Positions 26,022-35,749 of a DNA stretch of 64,000 nt are shown one piece after another. The stretch's first letter is position 1. The number at the start of each line of letters is the position of its first letter. The position numbers and the translations under genes are program-made. The notes under the pieces were generated by a model. The model was not told the DNA's origin. It searched no databases and was given only the letters and a program-made list of their open reading frames with translations. The DNA lies in NCBI GenBank assembly GCA_965215505.1, contig OZ244065.1, forward strand, positions 5,376,001 through 5,440,000, read 5' to 3'. Origin of the DNA: Capsulimonadaceae bacterium. Its GTDB lineage: Bacteria > Armatimonadota > Armatimonadia > Armatimonadales > Capsulimonadaceae.

Positions 26022-26789
26022 ATGAAACTCGACAACAAAGTGGCCATCATCACCGGCGCGGCGACCGGCATCGGGCAGGCCATCGCCATCACCATGGCCC
26101 GCGAGGGCGCGTCCGTCGTCGTGGACTACGTCGGCAAGCCCGGCACGGCCGATGACACCGTCCACCAGATCGAGAGTGCCGGCGGCAAGGTGCTGGCGGT
26201 GCTGGCCGACGTGTCTCAGCCCGACCAGGTGGCGAACCTCATCGGGTCGGCCGTCAGCACCTTCGGCAAGCTGGACATTTTCGTCAACAACGCCGGCATC
26301 GAGTACAAGCACCCCATCACCGAGTTCCCCCTGGACCAGTGGAACAAGATCATCGCCGTCAACCTTACTGGCCCCTTCCTCTGCATGCAGGCCGCCGCCA
26401 AGCAGATGATGACGCAGGGCGGAGCGGGACGGATCATCAACATCTCCAGCATCCATCAGGACCTGCCGATGCCGACGAACGCCCCCTACTGCGCCTCCAA
26501 GGGCGGCCTGCGGATGCTGATGCGGACGGTCGCCGTCGAACTCGGCCCGCACGGCATCACGGTCAACAACATCGGGCCGGGCGCGGTCTACACGCCGATC
26601 GACGCCGATGTCCAGGCGAACCCGGAGATGGAGAAGGCTCTGATGGCCGAAATCCCCCTGGGCCGCTGGGGGCAGCCGGTCGAGATCGCGAACCTCGCCG
26701 TGTTCCTGGCCTCGGACGACGCCGCCTATATCACGGGCAGTACCTACTACATAGACGGCGGCATGCTGCGGCAGTCGGGTAGCCTGTAG
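26022..26789 (+). CDS. Glucose 1-dehydrogenase-like SDR
   Basis: TGAATGIG, NNAG, SSIH, YCASKGG and NNIGPGA..TPI. Confidence 0.88.
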   Translation: MKLDNKVAIITGAATGIGQAIAITMAREGASVVVDYVGKPGTADDTVHQIESAGGKVLAVLADVSQPDQVANLIGSAVSTFGKLDIFVNNAGIEYKHPITEFPLDQWNKIIAVNLTGPFLCMQAAAKQMMTQGGAGRIINISSIHQDLPMPTNAPYCASKGGLRMLMRTVAVELGPHGITVNNIGPGAVYTPIDADVQANPEMEKALMAEIPLGRWGQPVEIANLAVFLASDDAAYITGSTYYIDGGMLRQSGSL

Positions 26790-26817
26790 GGGCAAGCATC
26801 AGAAAGGCAGCGTCGCC

Positions 26818-29262
26818 ATGAACATCACCCGCGAGGTCGGCCCCAGCCAGCGGGGCGGGACCTACGAAGTCCCGGATACCGAGCTTGCCATCGGCAGCAC
26901 ATTAGGCGGGCCGAAGGCCGTCTGCATCATCAAGGCAACCGGGGCCATCCAGACCGTCTACTCCATAGACATCGGCCAGTCCCTCTTCGGGACCGTCCTG
27001 CTGCGCCACTATGACGGCGACACGGGCATGCACCTCGCCCAAGACCAGGCCGGGAAGTTCGTCATCCACCCCGAACACCAGGAACACTTCTTCCGGCTCC
27101 CGCGCGGCATCAGCATCCACGAGACCGTCTTCGTCCTGAACGGCCAACCCAAAGACGACGGCAGCGTGGACTCGCCCGCCGTGTTCCTGGCCGTCGAGAT
27201 GCTGAACGAGGGAGCAGAGGCGGCACGGATCGTCACCCTCGCCTGCGCCGACCTGCGCGGCGGCACGGGGCATGATGTGTTCGCCGAATATGACGGCACC
27301 CTGAACGCGCTGGTCGCATGGAACGCCTCCTCACCCGATTGGGTGCGGGTCGTCGGCTGCTCGGACGCGCCGGATAGCTACGAGACGACGCTCGACTACG
27401 GCAAGGTGGTTTCCAATTCCGACCCTGGCGCGCTGTCCGACAAGACCGACGCGCCGACCGACCCGCTGGGCCTCTTCCGGCACACGCGCGAGATCGGGCC
27501 GGGCCTGACCGCCCGCTTCTACTACCGACTGTCGTTCGGGGTAGGGCGGGATGAGGCCCTCGCGAACTACCGCGCCTGTCCGGACGCCGACGAATCGCTG
27601 GCTCTGACGAAGGCACACTATGACGAAGCCTTGTGCCGGTCCGTCCTGCTGACGCCGAACCCGCAGGTCAACCGGGGCGTCCTGTGGGCCAAGGCCAACA
27701 TGATGCGGACGCTGGCAAAAGCGCAGAAGGGCTGGGCCTTCGTCAACGACCCCACCCGCAGCAACAACAGCGTCGGGCGGGACACGGCCTGGTTCGCCTT
27801 CGGCGGCGACTACCTCAACCCCGCCTTCGTCCGCGAGTCGCTGCTGGCCTATGTCCACAACCAGGAGGACAGCGGCAAGGTCGTTGAGTATTACGACATC
27901 CGCACCGGCAAGACCGCCGACTACGACCTGAACGTCAACGACAACACGCCGCTGCTGGTCCTGGCCTTGTGGCACCACTACAACACGACTGGCGATGAAG
28001 GTTTCCTGAAGGAGATCTACCCCGCCGCCGCCAAGGCCGTGCGCTACCTGCTTTCCCAGCGCAATGACAAGGGCCTGGTCTGGTGTACGGCGACCGGGAC
28101 GTCCGACTGGGGCATCATCGGGTGGCGCAACGTCATCACGAACTACCGCATTTCGGGCGCGAGTACCGAGGTCAACTCGGAGTGCCATGCCGCCCTGCTG
28201 ACCGCCTCGCACATGGCGCGCGTCCTGGACAAACACGACGAGAGCGCGGAGTTCGCCGGAGAAGCCGAGGCGCTGAAAACCGCTATCAACACGCACTTGA
28301 AGAACCCCGGCAACGGTCTGTACTACTTGAACATTGACGTAGATGGGTTCCCGCGCTCCAACGTCACCTCCGACCTCGTGTTCCCGGTCATGTTCGGCGT
28401 CGCCGACGAGCAGACGTCCGCCCAGATCATCGGCCGGCTGTCCGACGCCGACTTCTGGACCGAGGCCGGCATCCGCACCACCCCGCGCGATGCCGCCGAT
28501 TACGACCCCGATGGCAGCAACAACGGACCCTACGGGCTTTTGGGCGGCGTCTGGCTCGGCTGCTCCTTCTGGTTCGCCTTCGCCGCCGCCCGCTACAACC
28601 CCGAGTTCATGGACCGGGCTTTGTCCGACTCGTTCCAGAACTTCTCCACCGACCCGCGCCGCAACAACACCGTGCCCGGCCAGTTCTCCGAATGGCTTCA
28701 CGGCGAAACCCTGACCAACTCGGGCATGATGCTCTCCCCCTGGGACCCCCCGCGCTACCTGTGGGCCGCCGTCGAGGGCGTCGGCGGCGTGGACCCCTCC
28801 GGCAACGGCGTGACGCTCAAGCCGCGGCTCTCCAACGACTGGAAGTGGCTGGGCCTCCAAAACCTGCCTTACCGGGGCAAGCGTCTGACCTACTTCGCCG
28901 TCCGCACGCCCAATCTGACGCTCTACGCCAACTTCCACCCGCAGCAGCTAGAGCCGTGTCAGGCTTATGACGACGATATCAGCGACCAGGTCAAAGCCGG
29001 CCTCGACTCGGTCGTCTCCCTGGGCCTGCGCTCCGGCGACCGCCTGGCCCTGTTCGCCGGCAATACGAGCGAGCAGACCGTCAACACCTCCCTGCGCGTC
29101 GGCGTCCCCCTGTCCGGCGCGTACCGGGCGCGCGTCTACGAGAGCCTGCTGGGCGAGTGGGCCGACCACGGCCTGATCCCCGCCGACCAGCTCACGCGCG
29201 GCCATATTTTGAAGATCGAGCGCAAAGGCTTCACCGTGCTGGAACTGACGCAGGAGGTGTAG
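26818..29262 (+). CDS. (alpha/alpha)6-barrel glycoside hydrolase (amylo-alpha-1,6-glucosidase / debranching-like)
   Basis: GRDTAW, NDNTPL, GIRT, GGVW and GQFSEW motifs. Confidence 0.72.
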   Translation: MNITREVGPSQRGGTYEVPDTELAIGSTLGGPKAVCIIKATGAIQTVYSIDIGQSLFGTVLLRHYDGDTGMHLAQDQAGKFVIHPEHQEHFFRLPRGISIHETVFVLNGQPKDDGSVDSPAVFLAVEMLNEGAEAARIVTLACADLRGGTGHDVFAEYDGTLNALVAWNASSPDWVRVVGCSDAPDSYETTLDYGKVVSNSDPGALSDKTDAPTDPLGLFRHTREIGPGLTARFYYRLSFGVGRDEALANYRACPDADESLALTKAHYDEALCRSVLLTPNPQVNRGVLWAKANMMRTLAKAQKGWAFVNDPTRSNNSVGRDTAWFAFGGDYLNPAFVRESLLAYVHNQEDSGKVVEYYDIRTGKTADYDLNVNDNTPLLVLALWHHYNTTGDEGFLKEIYPAAAKAVRYLLSQRNDKGLVWCTATGTSDWGIIGWRNVITNYRISGASTEVNSECHAALLTASHMARVLDKHDESAEFAGEAEALKTAINTHLKNPGNGLYYLNIDVDGFPRSNVTSDLVFPVMFGVADEQTSAQIIGRLSDADFWTEAGIRTTPRDAADYDPDGSNNGPYGLLGGVWLGCSFWFAFAAARYNPEFMDRALSDSFQNFSTDPRRNNTVPGQFSEWLHGETLTNSGMMLSPWDPPRYLWAAVEGVGGVDPSGNGVTLKPRLSNDWKWLGLQNLPYRGKRLTYFAVRTPNLTLYANFHPQQLEPCQAYDDDISDQVKAGLDSVVSLGLRSGDRLALFAGNTSEQTVNTSLRVGVPLSGAYRARVYESLLGEWADHGLIPADQLTRGHILKIERKGFTVLELTQEV

Positions 29263-29280
29263 GGGCGCGGCAAGATAAGG

Positions 29281-29341
29281 AGGGCGCGGCAAGCAGCGCC
29301 CCTACATCCTGCCCCGTAGGGGCGAACCTTGTGTTCGCCCT
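29281..29341. repeat. Inverted pair of GTAG-type REPs
   Basis: AGGGCGCGGCAAGCAGCGCCCCTAC (29281-29305) and GTAGGGGCGAACCTTGTGTTCGCCCT (29316-29341); partial copy at 29259. Confidence 0.8.
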
Positions 29342-29406
29342 TCTTTCTCCGTGTTCGCCCTCTCCCTCATGTCTGCCCCTCTGCCCTCGTTCATCCAGCT
29401 TTCCAT

Positions 29407-29442
29407 GCCATGCCGGCAGGAATAGCCATGCCGGCAGGAATA
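29407..29442. repeat. Perfect 18-bp tandem duplication upstream of GH3
   Basis: GCCATGCCGGCAGGAATA x2. Confidence 0.85.
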
Positions 29443-29510
29443 GTCCCGTTGCGCGTGTAACTACCACCCATCTTTCTCCCGTACTGGAAGTCAATGAGGA
29501 TCACCCAATC

Positions 29511-31643
29511 TTGAAAAACCCAGCCCTCCTCGGCGCGCTCCTGGCCGCCGCCGTTTGCACGACCACAGGCCCCGGCGCGCGCGCGGAAACCCCGGTCAAG
29601 GCACCCGCCTCGCACGCCCCCTACGCCGCCCCGGTCGCCCCGATGGAGGCGCGCATCAGCGCCCTTCTCGGGAAGATGACGCAGGACGAGAAACTCAGCC
29701 TGCTGGCCTTCACCGGCCCCGCCGACGCGATGCACCTCAACACGCCGCCGGTGACGCGGCTGGGCATCCCCGCGCTGCGGACCTGTGACGCGCCCGAGGG
29801 CGTGCGCGAGGGGGTTTCCACGAGCTTCCCGATGGGGATCGTCATGGCCTCGACCTGGAACCCCGCCCTGATCGGGCAGGTCGGCGAAGCCATTGGGCAG
29901 GAGGCGAAGGCGAAGAACCGGCAGGTGATCTACGGGCCGTGCGTCAACATCCACCGGACGCCGCAGAGTGGGCGTGACTACGAGAACTACAGCGAGGACC
30001 CGTTCCTGACCGCGCGCCTGGCCGTCGGCTACATCGAGGGGATGCAGAGCCAGGGGGTGGCGGCCTGCGTCAAGCACTTCGCCTGCAACAACCAGGAGAC
30101 GCACCGGCACGACATTGACGTCTTGGTGGACGAGCGCGCCCTGCACGAGATCTACCTACCCGCGTTTGAAGCCTCCATCAACGAGGCGCACGTCTGGACC
30201 CTGATGCCCGCCTTCAACCACGTCAACGGACTGTGGATGGCCGAGAACAAGCCGCTGCTGACGGACCTGGTGAAGAACAAATGGGACTGGGACGGCCTGG
30301 TCATCTCGGACTGGGGCGCGGTCCACGAGACGACCCCCGCCGCGAACGCCGGGACCGACATCGAGATGCCCAAGCCGGAGCTTTTCACGCCCGAGGCGCT
30401 GGCCTACTCTTTGAAGAAAGGGGAGATCACGCAGGCCATCATTGACGACAAGGTACGCCGCATCCTGCGGACACTGGCCCGGACCGGCGCGCTGGACCCG
30501 TCGAAGCCCGTGGACGCCAAAGTGGTTGATAGCCCGTGGCACCGACTACTAGCCAAGAAGGTCGCCCAGCAAGGCATCACGCTGCTGAAGAACGAGGGCG
30601 GCCTGCTGCCGCTGGACCGGACCAAGGTCAAATCCATCGCCGTCATCGGCCCGAACGGGGCCGACACGCAGCTCGGGGGCCGGTGGAGCGCCGACGTGGT
30701 GCCGTCCTATACCGTCACCGTGCTGGACGGCATCAAGAAGGAACTGCCCGCCGGGGCCGCCGTCACCTCCGCCCAGGGCTGCCCGCGCACCAGCCCCGGC
30801 TCGGCTGACGCCCTGCGCGACGCGGTCGCGCTGGCCGCAAAGTCCGACGTCGCCGTCGTCGTGGTCGGCATGGACAAGGATTACGAGGGGGAGGAGCTGG
30901 ACCCGCCGAGCCTGTACCTGCCGGGCGACCAGGATAAGCTGATCCAGGCGGTCAGCGCCGTCAACAAGAACACCATCGTTGTCTTGAACAACGGCAGCCC
31001 GATCCTGATGGACAAATGGATCGGGAAGGTGCCCGGCCTGGTCGAGGCGTGGTATGCGGGCCAGGAAACCGGGACGGCGGTGGCGGAGATCCTGTTCGGC
31101 GACGTCAACCCGTCCGGCAAGCTGCCGGACACCCTGGCCTCGCGGCGCGAGGACTATTCGGACTGGGGCAACTACCCCGGAAACGGCACCACCGTGAACT
31201 ACGCCGAGGGCCTCTACGTCGGCTACCGGCACTTCGACCGGGACAAGATCGCCCCCCTGTTCCCATTCGGCTTCGGCCTGTCCTACACCACCTTCGGCTA
31301 CAGCGGCCTGGCCGTACCGAAGACCGTGGCACACGGGCGGACGGCGACGGTGCGCGTGACGGTGCAGAACACTGGCAAGCGCGCGGGCGACGAAGTCGCG
31401 CAGCTCTACATCCGCCCCCTCGCCTCCGCCGTCGCCCGGCCCGTCCGGGAGCTGAAAGGCTTCGCCCGCGTCACGCTCCAGCCCGGCGAAAAGGCCGTCC
31501 TCTCGTTCCCGCTGGACACCCGCGCATTCTCTTACTGGGATACGACCGCGCACGCCTGGCGTGCGGACCCCGGCACTTACGCGGTCGAGGTCGGTTCCTC
31601 ATCCCGCGACCTGCGGGCACAGGGGGTCGTGAAACTACAGTAG
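29511..31643 (+). CDS. GH3 beta-glucosidase with Fn3-like domain
   Basis: GAGGA RBS + TTG; EDP, KHFACN, ISDW, YAEG.YVGYR and RELKGF. Confidence 0.92.
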   Translation: MKNPALLGALLAAAVCTTTGPGARAETPVKAPASHAPYAAPVAPMEARISALLGKMTQDEKLSLLAFTGPADAMHLNTPPVTRLGIPALRTCDAPEGVREGVSTSFPMGIVMASTWNPALIGQVGEAIGQEAKAKNRQVIYGPCVNIHRTPQSGRDYENYSEDPFLTARLAVGYIEGMQSQGVAACVKHFACNNQETHRHDIDVLVDERALHEIYLPAFEASINEAHVWTLMPAFNHVNGLWMAENKPLLTDLVKNKWDWDGLVISDWGAVHETTPAANAGTDIEMPKPELFTPEALAYSLKKGEITQAIIDDKVRRILRTLARTGALDPSKPVDAKVVDSPWHRLLAKKVAQQGITLLKNEGGLLPLDRTKVKSIAVIGPNGADTQLGGRWSADVVPSYTVTVLDGIKKELPAGAAVTSAQGCPRTSPGSADALRDAVALAAKSDVAVVVVGMDKDYEGEELDPPSLYLPGDQDKLIQAVSAVNKNTIVVLNNGSPILMDKWIGKVPGLVEAWYAGQETGTAVAEILFGDVNPSGKLPDTLASRREDYSDWGNYPGNGTTVNYAEGLYVGYRHFDRDKIAPLFPFGFGLSYTTFGYSGLAVPKTVAHGRTATVRVTVQNTGKRAGDEVAQLYIRPLASAVARPVRELKGFARVTLQPGEKAVLSFPLDTRAFSYWDTTAHAWRADPGTYAVEVGSSSRDLRAQGVVKLQ

Positions 31644-31654
31644 CGCCGGATGCT

Positions 31655-31690
31655 GAGGTTTCAGCGCGTGAGGAGGTTTCAGCGCGCGAG
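31655..31690. repeat. 18-bp tandem duplication (1 mismatch) overlapping the GH51 stop codon
   Basis: GAGGTTTCAGCGCGTGAG / GAGGTTTCAGCGCGCGAG. Confidence 0.7.
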
Positions 31691-34159
31691 GCGGAGGATG
31701 GTATACGAGTTCGCCGGGAAGGCGTAAGCGAACTTCGTGCCCGCCGTCCTGATCACTGCCTCGCGCGTGCGGGTCGTCTCCAGGCCGTCGGGCGGGTTGA
31801 CGGCCTGCGGGTCCCCTGCTAAAGTCCACGCCTGCGCCGACGCCCGGCACCCCGCAAACCCTGCCAGGGAGAGGACCGTCCGGCGAGGCGCGGCACCGGG
31901 ATTGACGACACTGAGGGTTAGTGTCTTCCCGTCCCGGCTGCGTGTCGCGGTCACGTCCAGATCGCCCCCGCCCTCAACGCTGCTCTGCACAAGCAGGGGC
32001 AGGCTGTTCCGGGACGCCATCTGCTGTGCGTAGTAAGGCGGCATGGCCCAGACATGGTCCGGTGTAAAGAATATCTGCCCCTGGTCCCATCCGTTGTCAT
32101 TCTGCCGCCACGGCTGCAAGCAGTTCGCCGGGCAGTCTGCCAAGACGAAGTCCCCATGCCTTCGCACCGCGTTCAGTACGGAAGCATGGCCGAGGGCGCG
32201 CTGCATGTCGTGCAGGCTGCCGTTCTCCTCGAAGATGACGGCGTGCATGGCTGTCCCAAGAACCCACTCCTCGAACCTGCGCTGCATCCGTGTCAACTGC
32301 TCGTCAACACCCGCCCCGGAGCGCACATCGTCCGCCCCGACATGGAGGTCCCAGCAGGCACATTCGCCGTTGATCGCCTTGAACACCTTTTCCACACTGG
32401 GCGAGTCCGGACGCCACCAGGCCGCGCAGACCAGATTGAGGCGGGAGTCCCGCCCGTGCATCGCTCTGGCGAGCTGCATGAACCGGTCGCTGTAGTGAGC
32501 GTAAGCCGCCGGGTCGTCTCCTCCGAGGACTTCCTCGTTGCCGATCTCGATATAGCGTACATGGTAAGGACGCGGGTGTCCGCCGTCGGCGCGCTTCTTC
32601 CCCCATACGGTTGTGGCGGGGCCATTCACATAATCTACGAGGTCCGCCGCGTCCTGCGGCGTTTCTTCCGCGTTGATGGCGAACGCCGACTCGATGCGGC
32701 CCGCCTCGCAGAAGTTCAGGAAGTCCACGATGCCGAAGCCGTTGGTCGAATACGGATACCAATGTCCCGCATAAGGCGGACGCCGGTCTGGTCCGCCGAC
32801 CATGTTCTTCCAGCGGTAGCCGGGTGCGTTGACCATCGTGCCGCCGTAGCGCAGGAACGTCACACCTCCCCGGACTAAAGCATCGGCAATATCTGCGCGG
32901 ATCGGCAGGCCGTGAAATCGCTCTGCCCCGACCCCCATCAGCACCGCCTGGTCGGCCCAAAGAGTTCCGGGGCGGTCGATCCAGACAGCAAAGCGTGCGC
33001 TCCTATCCGAAGCGTCCGATGTCAAGGTGAACGGATACTTCGCCCAATCACCTGTGATGTGGCGGAAGGCACGCGCCGCATAAGTCCTCTTCCCATCCGC
33101 GCTCTGCAAAGCGACGGTGACGGGGCCTTGCAGACCCCGGGCGCGGAAGTAAATTCGTCCCGCGAAGGTCTGCCCCTGTTTGACGGCGATCCCCCAGCGA
33201 TTCAAGCCCCGGTTGGCGATTCCCGCCCGGCCCGTTCCAGGCCCATGCTGTATGCGTTGGCAGTACGCCCCGTTAAACGGGCGGCTGTCGTCATGCAGGA
33301 AGTTTGCCGCCGCACCCCCCGTCTGGATGGCGTCCCACCGGCCGCTGACGGAATAACCCGGCAGCGCCTGGAACGGACTTTGGATCACGGCCCGCCCGGT
33401 CTGGATGCGTATGTTCTGATAGCCGGCCTCCGCATTCCAGGTACGCAGGGCCATCCTGCCGGTGAGGATGGGAGCGTCCGTGTCAGTGAAGTCAATGGAA
33501 GGGAGGGTGCTGCCCCCCTCAAAGATGCGTACCCTCGGGCCTTCCAGGACGACCCGCAGGTGATGCCATCGGCCCGCCTCGATGCGCGCCGCCACCGACT
33601 CCAGCGGCCGCCAGTCCTGCCGGTGCTTGCCCAGGATGAGCTGCTGGCTGCTCGCGCTCAGGCTGACCTCGTACCCGGTGAAACTGTCCGCGCCGACGGC
33701 GGGGTGCTGGACGCGCACGAGCAGCCCGGCATTCCCTCCTCCCGTCCCTGGCATCTCGATGTCGGCCTCGACGGTCCCGTCCGCAAAGTCCGGCCCGTCC
33801 CACACCAGCTTCCCACCCGGATCGGCGGCGACCCGGCAGGCCCGCCCGTCCGCCCGCCACGCGCCGCCGTATGCCGTCCAGCCCGCGAAATTCGTTGCCG
33901 CCGGTGGCTCCTCAAAACCCTCCCCGAACAGCTTCTGGTCGTACAGGCCGCCATAGATCTCGTGATTGACGTCCTCGATGCATGAACCGTATAGCCAGGG
34001 GGTGACGTGGTTGATGACGTGCCCGGCGTCTACCATGATGTGGGTTTCCTGGCATCGAGCGGGGGCAGGGACAGCAAGCGCGGCAAACGCCAGGGCCGCG
34101 AGGCAAAAAACTTTAACTGCCCACTCCCCTGCCGCCTCCTGACACGCGCTCCCCCTCAT
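31679..34159 (-). CDS. GH51 alpha-L-arabinofuranosidase-like protein with inserted DUF1080-like beta-sandwich
   Basis: EDVNHEIYGG, LRYGG, EIGNEE and IFEEN; ATGA overlap with the upstream gene. Confidence 0.82.
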   Translation of the reverse strand: MRGSACQEAAGEWAVKVFCLAALAFAALAVPAPARCQETHIMVDAGHVINHVTPWLYGSCIEDVNHEIYGGLYDQKLFGEGFEEPPAATNFAGWTAYGGAWRADGRACRVAADPGGKLVWDGPDFADGTVEADIEMPGTGGGNAGLLVRVQHPAVGADSFTGYEVSLSASSQQLILGKHRQDWRPLESVAARIEAGRWHHLRVVLEGPRVRIFEGGSTLPSIDFTDTDAPILTGRMALRTWNAEAGYQNIRIQTGRAVIQSPFQALPGYSVSGRWDAIQTGGAAANFLHDDSRPFNGAYCQRIQHGPGTGRAGIANRGLNRWGIAVKQGQTFAGRIYFRARGLQGPVTVALQSADGKRTYAARAFRHITGDWAKYPFTLTSDASDRSARFAVWIDRPGTLWADQAVLMGVGAERFHGLPIRADIADALVRGGVTFLRYGGTMVNAPGYRWKNMVGGPDRRPPYAGHWYPYSTNGFGIVDFLNFCEAGRIESAFAINAEETPQDAADLVDYVNGPATTVWGKKRADGGHPRPYHVRYIEIGNEEVLGGDDPAAYAHYSDRFMQLARAMHGRDSRLNLVCAAWWRPDSPSVEKVFKAINGECACWDLHVGADDVRSGAGVDEQLTRMQRRFEEWVLGTAMHAVIFEENGSLHDMQRALGHASVLNAVRRHGDFVLADCPANCLQPWRQNDNGWDQGQIFFTPDHVWAMPPYYAQQMASRNSLPLLVQSSVEGGGDLDVTATRSRDGKTLTLSVVNPGAAPRRTVLSLAGFAGCRASAQAWTLAGDPQAVNPPDGLETTRTREAVIRTAGTKFAYAFPANSYTILRLAR

Positions 34160-35736
34160 GGTTCCGCTCCCTGCTGGAGATCATTCGGCTGCGCCCATGG
34201 GGCGGTCCGCAGAACGGCCCGCATGGCGTCCGGCGTCATGCCCAGCTTATCCGCATTGGTCACCACGTCGCCGAGGTCTACGCCGTACCAGTTACGCTTG
34301 TGCGGGTCGGCCAGCCCGGCGACGTTCAGGCAGGCGATCTCGTCCGCGACCTGGGCACTGAAGCCGGGCCCCGCCGCTCCCCGCCGGACCCGCGCTGCCG
34401 CACACCGCAGGTTAGGCCCAAATTCAGCGTGGCCGGAGGCCAGGAAGCGGGTAACGAGGTGGGGTCGTTCCAACCGCCGGGCCATCTCGCTGTAGCTGGC
34501 CGCCGCGAAGTAGAACTGCGACAGGGCGGCGAAGATGGGGAAACGCGGCATGGCCGCGTAGCAGGCCCCGATGAAGTCCGCCGTCGCGTCCGCCTCTTGC
34601 AGTGTCAGTGCGCCGTACTCCGCAAGCCTCGTCCCTAGCGTCTCCGTGTCCCAAGTTTCCTCGAAAATGCGCCCCAGGCGCTCGACGCCAAGCAGGGTGA
34701 GTGGAATGCCGGTGCTGAACAGCGGGTCCACGAAGGCCGCCGCCGAGGGCAGCAGCGCCCAACCCGACCCGGCGGCGGTGGGCGCGCGGTATGCGATTCG
34801 GGGCGTGTGGGTGAAGGGCCGCATCGGCACGGCCTCGGCGAACTGCGCGCCAACGGACGGGAATCGTGCCAGGAATCGACACCAGGCTGGCTCGCCTTCC
34901 GCTAGGTTTAGCTCTGCCGCCAGCGCACCCGTGACGGCGATGCCCGCACTCGTGACACCCGTGTCAAAGCGCAGTATCCACATCCATCCGCCCTCAAAGA
35001 CATGATGCACGGCGGCATCGTCGGCGGGGTAGGGGGGCGTGTCTGGATGCGAGAACTCCGGCATCGTGTCGCACCGCCGGACGCCGGCGAAGTGGGAGTA
35101 GAGGCTCTGCGTGGCCGGGTATTCGGCGAAGCCGGCTTCGGGCAGGCCGAGCGCCCTGCTCAGAAACCCGCGTGGCCCCGTCGCATCTATGACCAGCCGC
35201 GTCCGCACGGCGAACGCCTCCCCGGCTCGCTCCCCGGCCACCGTCGCCGTGCCGTCGCCGTGCCACACGGGCGCTGTCAGCGTCACCCCGTCCCAATACT
35301 CCGCCCCGACGCCGACCGCCTCACCCACCAGGAACTCATCCACATCGGCCCGCAGCCAGTGCGTGTCCGCCGCCTCATCGTGCGGGCTGGCCGCGACCAT
35401 GAGCTGGTCGCTCCGGTCCGGCGTAGCCCGAAATGCCTGCCCCTGCTCGTGGTGGAAATAAGTAAAACCGCGCTTCAGCCCACAGCCGACATGTGGGTAG
35501 GCGCGCTGCCACGGCCCATACGCGGACAGCGGCAGCAGGCGGGGGAGGTCATAGCGCGTGGCGAGCTGTTCCAGAAGCAGGTTCGCGAGCGGGGAAGTAG
35601 ACTCGCCGATGGCGAAGCGCGGGTGTTTGCCCTTTTCGAGCAGTAGCACGGACAGGCCGATGCGGCGGGCGACCATCGCCAATAGCGAGCCGCCGTAGCC
35701 GGAGCCGATGATCGTCAGGTCATAGTCGGTGTTCAT
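34156..35736 (-). CDS. FAD-dependent halogenase-family oxidoreductase
   Basis: GSGYGG, HPRFAIGES, GLKRG, GWMWIL and FVDPLFSTG. Confidence 0.85.
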   Translation of the reverse strand: MNTDYDLTIIGSGYGGSLLAMVARRIGLSVLLLEKGKHPRFAIGESTSPLANLLLEQLATRYDLPRLLPLSAYGPWQRAYPHVGCGLKRGFTYFHHEQGQAFRATPDRSDQLMVAASPHDEAADTHWLRADVDEFLVGEAVGVGAEYWDGVTLTAPVWHGDGTATVAGERAGEAFAVRTRLVIDATGPRGFLSRALGLPEAGFAEYPATQSLYSHFAGVRRCDTMPEFSHPDTPPYPADDAAVHHVFEGGWMWILRFDTGVTSAGIAVTGALAAELNLAEGEPAWCRFLARFPSVGAQFAEAVPMRPFTHTPRIAYRAPTAAGSGWALLPSAAAFVDPLFSTGIPLTLLGVERLGRIFEETWDTETLGTRLAEYGALTLQEADATADFIGACYAAMPRFPIFAALSQFYFAAASYSEMARRLERPHLVTRFLASGHAEFGPNLRCAAARVRRGAAGPGFSAQVADEIACLNVAGLADPHKRNWYGVDLGDVVTNADKLGMTPDAMRAVLRTAPWAQPNDLQQGAEP

Positions 35737-35749
35737 GGCGCGCGCCGTT

